From assembly GCA_050942955.1 (NCBI GenBank), contig JBMNOG010000001.1, positions 68,347 to 132,346 on the forward strand: a stretch of 64,000 nucleotides of DNA. The letters are read 5' to 3'. Shown piece by piece: positions 1 through 10,241 of this stretch; the first letter of the stretch is position 1, and every line of letters starts with the position of its first letter. Position numbers and translations under genes: made by a program. The DNA is from Patescibacteria group bacterium (GTDB lineage Bacteria; Patescibacteriota; Microgenomatia; UBA1400; UBA1449). Under the pieces are notes generated by a model. The model was not told the DNA's origin, did not search any database, and saw only the letters and a program-made list of their open reading frames with translations.

Positions 1-593
1 TTCACATCGCCAAATCCAATACCCTTCCCCTGGGTAATAAGATACAGGAATAGAAAAAAGGCAAAGAGAACTACGCCGGTTAGCAGAAACTCCCATCTAC
101 CCGTTATAAACAGACGGGCAACTGCTGCTACCGAGCCAGCAATAATGAGAGAGTCGGGTAAGATACCGGATTTAATATCAATAATTGCCAGAACAATACT
201 TAAAGAAAAGATAAATAGCCAGAACCCTAAAACCCCTAAGCTGAAAACCCCTTCCATTTGCCTGAAAAAACTCAAACGCTGGATTAGCCAGTAAACCCAG
301 ACAAACTCTAAAGCCGTAAAAAGCTCGATAAGAGGATAGCTAATATTAATTTTTTTACCGCAATGACAGCACTTTCCCCGCAATAACACAAAAGAGAGAA
401 GAGGAATGTTTTCATACCAGGAAAGTTCTTTTTTGCAGTGGTCACAAAACGACCGACCTAAAACCCAGGGAGGCAGCCATGAGACCGGAGAGCTACTAAC
501 TTCCTCTTCGTCTCGGGTCTCGCGGTACACTACGACACTCAAAAAGCTGCCAACTACCATACCGAATACAAACAAAAATAAATACTCAACCAT
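1..593 (-). CDS. pilD: Prepilin peptidase PilD (A24 family), partial; 3' end lies outside the window
   Basis: I translated the reverse complement by hand from the ATG at 593-591. It reads MVEYLFLFVFGMVVGSFLSVVVYRE...CDHCKKELSWYENIPLLSFVLLRGKCCHCGKKI...IDIKSGILPD...GFGDVK. This has the N-terminal CxxC..CxxC zinc motif and the catalytic-Asp block typical of PilD. The ORF track misses it because it runs off the window edge. Confidence 0.8.
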   Translation of the reverse strand, partial: MVEYLFLFVFGMVVGSFLSVVVYRETRDEEEVSSSPVSWLPPWVLGRSFCDHCKKELSWYENIPLLSFVLLRGKCCHCGKKINISYPLIELFTALEFVWVYWLIQRLSFFRQMEGVFSLGVLGFWLFIFSLSIVLAIIDIKSGILPDSLIIAGSVAAVARLFITGRWEFLLTGVVLFAFFLFLYLITQGKGIGFGDV

Positions 594-609
594 ACTGTTA
601 GTATGGTAA

Positions 610-870
610 CAGATTACGCTCTGTTATTCGAGTAGGTCTAGCTACTTTTCGGGTAATCCTTGTAATGATACTGTTCGAGCGAGCGTAGTGAGTCGGGAAC
701 TAATTACACTTCTCGACTTCGCTCGAAGCGTAAAACCTACTTCTCCATGAGGTCGAAGAGTAATGCCGGCTTCTCGACAAGCTCGAAGCATAACCCCACT
801 ACTGTTCGAGTAAACGAAGTACGTCGAGAACTAACGGAAAAAATTCCCCGCAAGCTCGAAGGGTAATAAC
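610..870. repeat. Cluster of at least 3 related imperfect-palindrome repeat units (ctgttcgag...gagtcgggaacta...cttctcgacaagctcgaag)
   Basis: Direct reading. ctgttcgag recurs at about 619, 671 and 803. cttctcgac(a/tt)gctcgaag recurs at about 709, 769 and 848. TTCGAGCGA and TCGCTCGAA form internal inverted arms. Confidence 0.6.
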
Positions 871-896
871 TGATTCCCAACGAACTCAGCATATAC

Positions 897-1166
897 TTAC
901 CACTCACTTTTCCACTCTCCGCTAATTAACTTCATTTTCTTTTTTCTACTCCAATCTTTAATTTGCCTTTCTCTTTTTCTAGCTCTTTCAAGATTGGTGT
1001 ATTCTTCAAAATATACTAGCTTTTTAAATCCGTGTTTTCTAGTGTATTCAGAACCCTGTCCAGATACATGCTGTTCCATTCTATTAGAAATACACCAGGT
1101 ACAACCCGTGTAGAATGTTCTATCTAGGCATTCAATAATATACACAAACCATTTCCAGTCCGACAT
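897..1166 (-). CDS. GIY-YIG nuclease family protein (UPF0213/YhbQ-like, 89 aa)
   Basis: FVYIIECLDRTFYTGCT...RMEQHVSG...YTRKHGFKKLVYFEEY matches the GIY-YIG motif layout (YVYIL..G..YIG...R...H...K..LVY.E). Confidence 0.8.
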   Translation of the reverse strand: MSDWKWFVYIIECLDRTFYTGCTWCISNRMEQHVSGQGSEYTRKHGFKKLVYFEEYTNLERARKRERQIKDWSRKKKMKLISGEWKSEW

Positions 1167-1184
1167 ATTTTTATAATACTGTAT

Positions 1185-1285
1185 GTAGTATTACTGTTCG
1201 AGTGGAGCAAAAAGTGTTACAGTTCGAGAGAGCGTAGCGAGTCGAGAACTAGCATAGAACACTTCTCGACAAGCTCGAAGGATAA
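1185..1285. repeat. Fourth copy of the palindromic repeat unit, on the other side of the GIY-YIG gene
   Basis: tactgttcgagtggag...cagttcgagagagcgtagcgagtcgagaacta...cttctcgacaagctcgaag. Same family as 610-870. Confidence 0.6.
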
Positions 1286-1362
1286 TCTGTCCCTACAAGA
1301 TCCCCTCATACAAAAATCCCACACACAAGGTGTGGGATTTTCAAAGTCAAGCAAATCTACGT

Positions 1363-2103
1363 TTACTCTTCAGGAATACAAACAAAACACCACTGCTCAG
1401 GGTCGTCACTTGCCCAAGTTGGTTCAGTTTTAAAATGGTTGGCGCAGGTGTCAACTGTATCATCTGTAGGCTCATAGTGACCATCATCATCATCATCTGC
1501 TACGGTAATGAACTTTAAGCCCATCTCAGGCTGGTTCCAAGTATTTCTAGTTGCTTTAGAAGATGGCACAAAACATACTGTAATAGAAGGATCGTTTTCC
1601 GGCTTAATAATAAACATTTCATCTTCAGGAATTGTATGATCATTACGAAAAGCCCTTCTTTTGGCAAACTGTGGCTTTAATTCTTCTCCTTTGATAAGTA
1701 ATCCATAATCACCAGTAGAATCAATGCTACAACCATCTCCTGTAGCATTGAACCCTGAGGCAGTTGTTAAACCTCCGCTATCTGCTCCACAAATACCAAC
1801 ACCTATCATATCCACTCTACCAAGAAATGAGTCATTCACTGAGGGTACTGCATTACTAAAGTCGGGACTGTTCCATGGAAATGTCTGTGTTGAAGCGTAG
1901 TATCTTTCAAGAGCCGAAAGAATTTGGTTTGCATCAGCTCTTCTGCCTGCATCACGAGTTTTATTGATCTGCTCCAAGGGGTTAAGTGCCGATAGCACAG
2001 CTACAGACAAGATCCCAATGAGTGTAACTACAATCAGAAGTTCAATAAGTGTAAACCCTGAGGATTTTTTTTGGACAGTCATAGGCAGAATATTAAATGT
2101 CAC
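1363..2103 (-). CDS. Type IV pilin / pseudopilin with prepilin N-terminal cleavage-methylation motif; the true start is probably the internal Met at 2082 (MTVQKKSSGFTLIEL)
   Basis: KKSSGFTLIELLIVVTLIGILSVAV is a class III signal peptide (G|FTLIELL). The C-terminus is acidic and Cys-containing. Confidence 0.8.
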   Translation of the reverse strand: MTFNILPMTVQKKSSGFTLIELLIVVTLIGILSVAVLSALNPLEQINKTRDAGRRADANQILSALERYYASTQTFPWNSPDFSNAVPSVNDSFLGRVDMIGVGICGADSGGLTTASGFNATGDGCSIDSTGDYGLLIKGEELKPQFAKRRAFRNDHTIPEDEMFIIKPENDPSITVCFVPSSKATRNTWNQPEMGLKFITVADDDDDGHYEPTDDTVDTCANHFKTEPTWASDDPEQWCFVCIPEE

Positions 2104-2168
2104 AAGTCACTTAAGACCTGTGGATTTAACAAAATAATTTTATAGCTTGCTTTTTTAGTATGCACTAA

Positions 2169-3371
2169 TTAAAACTGTGATGTCAAGTTGTATATCGGCA
2201 CAATAATGGAAATAACCATGATTCCCACTCCGATACCTAAAACTATGATCATAGCCGGCTCGATAGCGCTGGTTAGAGCCTTCAGGGCTAGTAGTGAGTC
2301 TTTGGTAAACTGCTGGGCAATCCTGTCAAGCATATCATCGAGTTTGCCGGTTTCTTCGCCAACATTAATCATCTGCACTACCATTTCCGGGAAAACCCCT
2401 TCCTGGGCAAAACTGACTGCCAGTGTCATCCCTTTTTCCACATTTTTAGCTGAAGAAAGAATGGAGTGTTCATACATGTAGTTGTCTGCCGCTAGTGCTA
2501 CAACATTTAAAGACTCAACAATTGAAACTCCTGACTTTACCAGAAGCGCTAAGGTTCTAATTATGTTTGCTGAGATAATTTTATGCTGCAGTTCACCTAA
2601 ATAGGGGATTTTGAGAATATACTCATCAATCTTTCTTTTCCCTTCTTCAGTACGTAAAAGAGAGATAAGGAAGCCTATACCTGCAACTAATCCAATTAGG
2701 AAAATATACCATTTGCTCCGTATAAACTCAGCAGTTCCAAGCACAATCTCTGTCATAAGAGGCAACTCTGCTTCAAATTCATCATATAAAGAAGAAATTT
2801 TCGGAATTACATAAAAAACCATAATTATGGCCACAACTACCATAGCCATCATGACTATGGCAGGGTAGAGCATAGAGGCCTTGACTTTGGCTTTGAAATC
2901 CCGATCACGTTCCAAGTTTATTGCTAACCGGTTTAGAACCTCATCCAGTACCCCTGCCATCTCTCCTGCTTTAACCAGAGCTAAATAAATCGGGGAAAAA
3001 AAACTGGGATGCTTTGATAGAGCTTTATACAAACTGTCTCCACCTTCAACTGAACTACTGACATCATCAATTACTTCAGCCATAGCCGGCCTGGCGCGTT
3101 TTCGAAGAAGCTGTAAGGCATTTACAATCGGCAAACCCGAACCTATCATTGTGGCCAACTGCCGGGTAAAGATAACGATATCATCACCATTAACCCCAAA
3201 AAATTTAACCAAAAGGCGGTAATTAAAGCTTTTTTTCTGGTCTTTAATTTCAACCACCAAAAGCTTCTTTTCCCGCAAAAGTTTTACGGCCGATTCCTGG
3301 TCTTTGGCTTCAATTAATCCCTGAACTTTGGTGCCGTCATTTTTAACTGCCTTATATTCGAAATGCAACAT
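2169..3371 (-). CDS. pilC: Type IV pilus assembly platform protein PilC (GspF family)
   Basis: Two T2SS-F domains (FTRQLATMIGSGLPIVNALQLL...; LVKSGVSIVESLNV...). It has polytopic membrane character and sits between pilT and the pilin gene. Confidence 0.85.
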   Translation of the reverse strand: MLHFEYKAVKNDGTKVQGLIEAKDQESAVKLLREKKLLVVEIKDQKKSFNYRLLVKFFGVNGDDIVIFTRQLATMIGSGLPIVNALQLLRKRARPAMAEVIDDVSSSVEGGDSLYKALSKHPSFFSPIYLALVKAGEMAGVLDEVLNRLAINLERDRDFKAKVKASMLYPAIVMMAMVVVAIIMVFYVIPKISSLYDEFEAELPLMTEIVLGTAEFIRSKWYIFLIGLVAGIGFLISLLRTEEGKRKIDEYILKIPYLGELQHKIISANIIRTLALLVKSGVSIVESLNVVALAADNYMYEHSILSSAKNVEKGMTLAVSFAQEGVFPEMVVQMINVGEETGKLDDMLDRIAQQFTKDSLLALKALTSAIEPAMIIVLGIGVGIMVISIIVPIYNLTSQF

Positions 3372-3432
3372 ACTGATTGGTAGGTATAAATCAGATACTA
3401 CAACTTTTAGTGTATAGTTTCTGATTTAGGTA

Positions 3433-4506
3433 TTAGTTTGCTTTTAATGCTCGCATTAATTCGTTCGGCCGCAAACTCCACATCTGAGCTACTTCAGCAG
3501 AAAGAATTCCCTTATTGATGAGCTCTATCATTGAGTCCTCAAGCGGTTTCATGCCAGCTTCTTTGGATGTCTGGATAATATTATCAATAAGGTGCGTTTT
3601 CCCTTCTCTAATGTTGGTTTTCACCGCAGAGGTACCAAGTAAAATTTCCAGAACAGGTACACGGCCGCCATTAATAGCAGGGAGCAGACGTTGAGACAAA
3701 ACTGCTTCTAAAGCGTTAGCAAGCTGCATTCTGATCTGGTTTTGCTGGTGTGCAGGAAAGACATCAACAATACGGTCAATCGTTTGTGAAGCTGAATTAG
3801 TGTGAAGAGTCGCAAACACAAGGTGTCCGGTTTCAGCAATAGTTAACGCTGAAGAGATTGTTTCGTAGTCACGCATTTCACCGATAAGCACCACATCAGG
3901 GTCTTCACGCAGAACACTCTTAAGAGCCGCTTTCCAGGAGTGACTGTCCTGGCCAATTTCTCTCTGCGATACAATTGACTTTTTGTTTTCGTAGGCATAC
4001 TCGATCGGATCTTCAATAGTTACAATATGCTCAAATCTGGAATTGTTAATTTCTTCAATCATCGCCGCCAGAGTAGATGACTTACCATGTCCGGTAGGGC
4101 CTGTCACTAGTACTAAACCAGACTTCAAAGAGGCTAGGTTGTAACAAATTTTTGGCAGATGAAGTTCTTCAATTGACCGTATTCTTGAGGGAATAAGACG
4201 GAGAGCAGCAGACATAGCTCCACGCTGAATATAGGCGTTTACCCTGAAGCGAGCCTGCTTACCCAGCGCTAACGAGAAGTCAATCTCTTTGTTTTGAACA
4301 AAAAATTCCTTTTGCGTCTGGGTTAACATTTGTGGTACAAGGGTTTGAAGCATTTCAGCGGTAAGAACTTCCGTGCCGGGAATAGGTTTTAAAGTTCCAT
4401 CCACCCTTACCATAGGATAGGCCCCAGCCACCAGATGAAGATCGGAGGAGTTTAACTCAAGGGTTTGCTGCAAAAGGTGTTTAATATCCATATCTTTTTG
4501 TGTCAT
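3433..4506 (-). CDS. pilT: Twitching motility ATPase PilT
   Basis: MDIKHLLQQTLELNSSDLHL...VLVTGPTGHGKSSTLAAMIEEIN... It carries Walker A/B motifs and is the right length for PilT (357 aa). Confidence 0.85.
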   Translation of the reverse strand: MTQKDMDIKHLLQQTLELNSSDLHLVAGAYPMVRVDGTLKPIPGTEVLTAEMLQTLVPQMLTQTQKEFFVQNKEIDFSLALGKQARFRVNAYIQRGAMSAALRLIPSRIRSIEELHLPKICYNLASLKSGLVLVTGPTGHGKSSTLAAMIEEINNSRFEHIVTIEDPIEYAYENKKSIVSQREIGQDSHSWKAALKSVLREDPDVVLIGEMRDYETISSALTIAETGHLVFATLHTNSASQTIDRIVDVFPAHQQNQIRMQLANALEAVLSQRLLPAINGGRVPVLEILLGTSAVKTNIREGKTHLIDNIIQTSKEAGMKPLEDSMIELINKGILSAEVAQMWSLRPNELMRALKAN

Positions 4507-4599
4507 TGTTTGAAACTATCAAAAGAGATAATCTAAAATCAGCTTCTGTTTGCTTCACTAAATGACATTTTATTAAAAGTAACTGCGTTATCAAAATTT

Positions 4600-6327
4600 C
4601 TAAGTTTTCGCTACACGCATCACTTCTTCTATAGTAGTGATTCCTTCCAAAACTTTCAAATAGCCGTCAAGTTCCATAGTAATCATGCCGTTTTCGATTG
4701 CTGCTTTTTCAATATCCGAACTCGGAGCGTGACTAACAGTAAGCATGCCGATTTTTTCAGTTACTGGCATAACCTCAAAAATACCAACTCTGCCTGAATA
4801 ACCCGTATCATTGCACTGAGAGCAACGTCTTCCCCTGTAAAGTTGAAGGTTGGGGGTATCGTAGTTTTTAAAAAGTGGTCCCAACGATCTACGCATAGAT
4901 TCAACAATTTCTTTCGGTGGGGTAAAACTCTCTTTGCAGTGAGGACAGATCTTCCTAACAACACGCTGACCAACAATACAGTTGATAGCTGAGGCCAGAA
5001 GGAAAGGTTCAACTTCCATATCAATAAGCCTGGGTAAAGCTCCTGCGGCTGAATTTGTATGGAGAGTACTGAACACCAAATGCCCTGTCAGAGAAGCTTG
5101 AATAGCCAACTCAGCTGTCTCACTGTCACGGATCTCTCCAACCATAATAATGTTGGGATCCTGCCGCAAAATTGATCTAAGCCCTGAAGCAAACGTAAGT
5201 CCGGCAACTGGGTTTATCTGCACCTGGTTTACTCCTTCCATTTCATACTCAACCGGGTCTTCAAGAGTAATAATATTTACCTTGGATGAGTTAATGCTAT
5301 GTAGAAGGGAGTAGAGAGTCGTGGTCTTTCCTGAGCCTGTTGGTCCAGTTATTAAGATGACTCCATGAGGGATATGGCTAGCTTCCTCCAGATTTTTAAG
5401 CGCCCGGCCGCGCAGTCCAAGCTCAGCTAATGTGGGAACAGTGCCGCTTTTTTTTAGAAGACGCATAACAATCTTCTCACCATTAGTTGAAGGTAAGGAG
5501 GAAACACGCAAGTCAACTTCATCTTTATCAGCCCTGAAGGTAAACCGTCCATCCTGAGGAATACGTTTTTCATCAATCTTCATTCCGGCTAAAATTTTTA
5601 TACGGGAAATCACTGCATCATGCACATTCTTAGGAAGAACCAATTTTTCATGCAAGATACCATCTATACGGTAGCGTACTCGGGTTTTATCTTCCATAGG
5701 CTCAATATGGATATCTGAAGACAGTGACTTCATAGCAAAGCTTAGAAGAGTGGTAACAATTTTTGCAATTGGAGCTTCACGAATAACATTACTAATTGAT
5801 TGAGCGTCAATAACTCTGGTATTACTCTGGTTAACTTCTCGCACAGCCGCATCTACTTCTGTTGACAAACCCTGGGAATATTTTTCCGCAATGGCAGTTT
5901 TAATATCTTCAGCAACTCCAAAAGCCGGGACTACCTGACACTTTGACTTATTCTCCAGAAAGTCCAGAGTAGCAATGTCCACCGGATTCTCCATGGCCAC
6001 AAAAAGCTTTTTTTCTGCCGGGTTATAATCATAGGGGAAAACTACAAAACGTTGAGCAACAGTCTGGGGAATAAGCGTAAGCGCCTGAGGATTGGAGCCG
6101 GTTTGACGGATATCAACAAATGGAATTTGATAGTACTCTGACTTGGCTAAAACTAGATTACGAGGATCAACCAAACCTCTATCAAGGATTATTGCCTCTT
6201 GGTCTTTGCCGGTATTAACTTGTTCAGTCTTAATAAGGTCATAGACCTGCTGGTTAATTACCTGCTTTTTAAGCAGGATATCGGCAATTGTCTGGTTAGC
6301 AATATTTTGGGCAGGTTGGTCGGGCAT
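4600..6327 (-). CDS. pilB: Type IV pilus assembly ATPase PilB (GspE family)
   Basis: N-terminal GspII-like domain, ILITGPTGSGKTTTLYSLL Walker A, and a C-terminal CPHC...CSQC tetracysteine motif. Confidence 0.85.
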   Translation of the reverse strand: MPDQPAQNIANQTIADILLKKQVINQQVYDLIKTEQVNTGKDQEAIILDRGLVDPRNLVLAKSEYYQIPFVDIRQTGSNPQALTLIPQTVAQRFVVFPYDYNPAEKKLFVAMENPVDIATLDFLENKSKCQVVPAFGVAEDIKTAIAEKYSQGLSTEVDAAVREVNQSNTRVIDAQSISNVIREAPIAKIVTTLLSFAMKSLSSDIHIEPMEDKTRVRYRIDGILHEKLVLPKNVHDAVISRIKILAGMKIDEKRIPQDGRFTFRADKDEVDLRVSSLPSTNGEKIVMRLLKKSGTVPTLAELGLRGRALKNLEEASHIPHGVILITGPTGSGKTTTLYSLLHSINSSKVNIITLEDPVEYEMEGVNQVQINPVAGLTFASGLRSILRQDPNIIMVGEIRDSETAELAIQASLTGHLVFSTLHTNSAAGALPRLIDMEVEPFLLASAINCIVGQRVVRKICPHCKESFTPPKEIVESMRRSLGPLFKNYDTPNLQLYRGRRCSQCNDTGYSGRVGIFEVMPVTEKIGMLTVSHAPSSDIEKAAIENGMITMELDGYLKVLEGITTIEEVMRVAKT

Positions 6328-6429
6328 AATAAACTCTCTCGTTACAAACCAAGAGCTAGCTTCATTATCCTTTTTTCCATGGTATTATGTCAACACATAC
6401 TCACCCTTAATTTACAGCAAACATTACTC

Positions 6430-7161
6430 ATGCACAGTTTTATTTTAAACCAGTTTGAACCTCAGGAAGCTTTGGAAAAAATAATCGAGTTAACCCAACT
6501 TCCGTTATATCCAAAAGATTTTGGGATTCATCCTGACATTATCATAATTAATCCTAAAATTAATGAAAAAACCACCTCTAAAAAAGCTTCAATAAAAATC
6601 GAAACGGTTAGAAATTTACAAACCTTGCTTTCAAAAAGGCCACTAAGACTTCCTTTGCAGATAGCCGTAATTTGGAACGCAGACACTTTAACCTTGGCCG
6701 CTCAACAATCGTTTTTAAAGCTACTTGAAGAACCTCAGCAGCAAACAAACATTTTCCTTATCACTAATAATTTTAAAAGTCTTTTGCCAACTATTCAGTC
6801 CCGTTGCCAAATAATTAGCGCCATCAAAACACAGTCCTTAAACCCGCTAGACAAATCCATCAGTAAAGAACTGGAAAAACTCAGTCAAATGGGGCCAATT
6901 AAGCGCATGGAGGTATTTGAACAGTATGCAGTTAACAGAGAAAAATCTCTCGAATGGCTCGAAAACACAATAAGAAATCTGCGCCTAAAAATGGTAGAAT
7001 GTAGGGTACAGGGTACACAAAAAAGTTTGGTATTTATCCTCAAAAATGCTCAGATTGCATATAATGATATTAAACGCAGTATCAATATAAAGTTGAGTTT
7101 AGACAATCTAGCTATCACTTGGGATAAGCGTATAGCAAGGCTTGACGCACGTACCGCTTAA
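6430..7161 (+). CDS. holB: DNA polymerase III delta' subunit-like (short form); the ORF-track start at 6199 overlaps pilB and is probably not used
   Basis: LRLPLQIAVIWNADTLTLAAQQSFLKLLEEPQQQTNIFLITNNFKSLLPTIQSRCQ has the LK.LEEP and T..SRC motifs of delta'. The N-terminal ATP-binding region is absent. I chose the Met at 6430 (MHSFILNQ). Confidence 0.6.
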   Translation: MHSFILNQFEPQEALEKIIELTQLPLYPKDFGIHPDIIIINPKINEKTTSKKASIKIETVRNLQTLLSKRPLRLPLQIAVIWNADTLTLAAQQSFLKLLEEPQQQTNIFLITNNFKSLLPTIQSRCQIISAIKTQSLNPLDKSISKELEKLSQMGPIKRMEVFEQYAVNREKSLEWLENTIRNLRLKMVECRVQGTQKSLVFILKNAQIAYNDIKRSINIKLSLDNLAITWDKRIARLDARTA

Positions 7162-7232
7162 TTGTATCCTTCGAATAGGTAAACGTTGCGTTTTTAGTTA
7201 TTTTCAAACCATTCAATCCTGCCTAAGGATAG

Positions 7233-9227
<1,995 letters not shown>

Positions 9228-9267
9228 TTTCATTATAATTTAGGGCCCACAAAGCCCAAGGAGGTTT

Positions 9268-9762
9268 ATGGCAGATCAAACCGTACATATCCAAATCGAA
9301 ATTCCAGCTGATTCAGCTATCAAGTATGAAGTTGATGAAGCAAACGGTAGAATTTACGTTGACAGGTTCCTACCAACCCCAATGGCCTATCCCGAAAACT
9401 ATGGCCTTATTGAGGGAACTCATGGTAAAGACGGTGATGCGTTAGATGCTTTAGTTCTAACTGCTAAACCCATGCTTCCAGGAACCTGGATTAAAGCCAA
9501 AGTAATCGGCATGCTGGAAATGGAGGATGAAGAAGGAATTGATTGTAAGCTTATTTGTGTTCCTGAAAAAACAAAGATTGATTACGCTTGCGGAGGCTGG
9601 GAAGATCTTTCAGACATCCCCCAGTACCGCCTGAACAGAATTAAGCACTTTTTTGAACACTATAAAGATCTTGAACCGGAAAAGTGGGTAAAGATCAATA
9701 AATTTGTTGGTAAAGAAGAAGCTTTAAAGGAACTGGAAGAGGGCAGACAGAAAGTAAAGTAA
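9268..9762 (+). CDS. ppa: Inorganic pyrophosphatase (family I)
   Basis: IEIPADSAIKYEVDEANGRIYVDRFL...YPENYGLIEGTHGKDGDALDALVL. Confidence 0.9.
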   Translation: MADQTVHIQIEIPADSAIKYEVDEANGRIYVDRFLPTPMAYPENYGLIEGTHGKDGDALDALVLTAKPMLPGTWIKAKVIGMLEMEDEEGIDCKLICVPEKTKIDYACGGWEDLSDIPQYRLNRIKHFFEHYKDLEPEKWVKINKFVGKEEALKELEEGRQKVK

Positions 9763-10220
9763 TGGCAATTACAATAACTCAAGCCGGAAACAAAGACAGG
9801 GAAAGATTGCAGGAATTTTACAAAACAGGTGATAGGGATTTTGAAAAGAGTAGAGTAGAGGCGTATACCTCATTCGGCACTACACTTATAGCCCTGGATG
9901 AAGAAAATATTGTCGGAACTCTGCGCTGGCTGCCGCAACGAGAACTGGATAGTGGGGTGGCGGAAATCGGTGGAGTAAATGTTTTAGTTAACTATCAAAA
10001 ACTCGGTGTGGGTTCAGAATTACTTAAAGAGGGAATTAAAAATGTTAAAAATTATTATAAAAACAGAGGTAAAAAAGCAAGAAAAGTATTTGTAATTGTA
10101 GAGAATAGCAACAAAGCTGCCCGAGTATTTTATTCAAAGTTTGGATTTAATAACATTGCAAAACTAAACAACTTGTTTTCAAATAACGAGGAGACAAGTT
10201 TTTATTGTTTAGATTTATAA
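9762..10220 (+). CDS. GNAT family N-acetyltransferase
   Basis: VNVLVNYQKLGVGSELL (Q/R-x-x-G-x-G/A acetyl-CoA motif) and FYSKFGF. Its start overlaps the ppa stop (TAATG). Confidence 0.7.
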   Translation: MAITITQAGNKDRERLQEFYKTGDRDFEKSRVEAYTSFGTTLIALDEENIVGTLRWLPQRELDSGVAEIGGVNVLVNYQKLGVGSELLKEGIKNVKNYYKNRGKKARKVFVIVENSNKAARVFYSKFGFNNIAKLNNLFSNNEETSFYCLDL

Positions 10221-10241
10221 AACTGTAAAAACATAGAGCAT

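Noticed and set aside
406-609. 67-aa plus-strand ORF in the tracked list
   Set aside because: It lies entirely antisense to the pilD coding sequence, which gives a convincing prepilin peptidase translation. It has no RBS and an odd composition, so it is a shadow ORF.
4761-5024. 87-aa ORF within pilB
   Set aside because: Alternate frame inside a well-supported PilB coding region.
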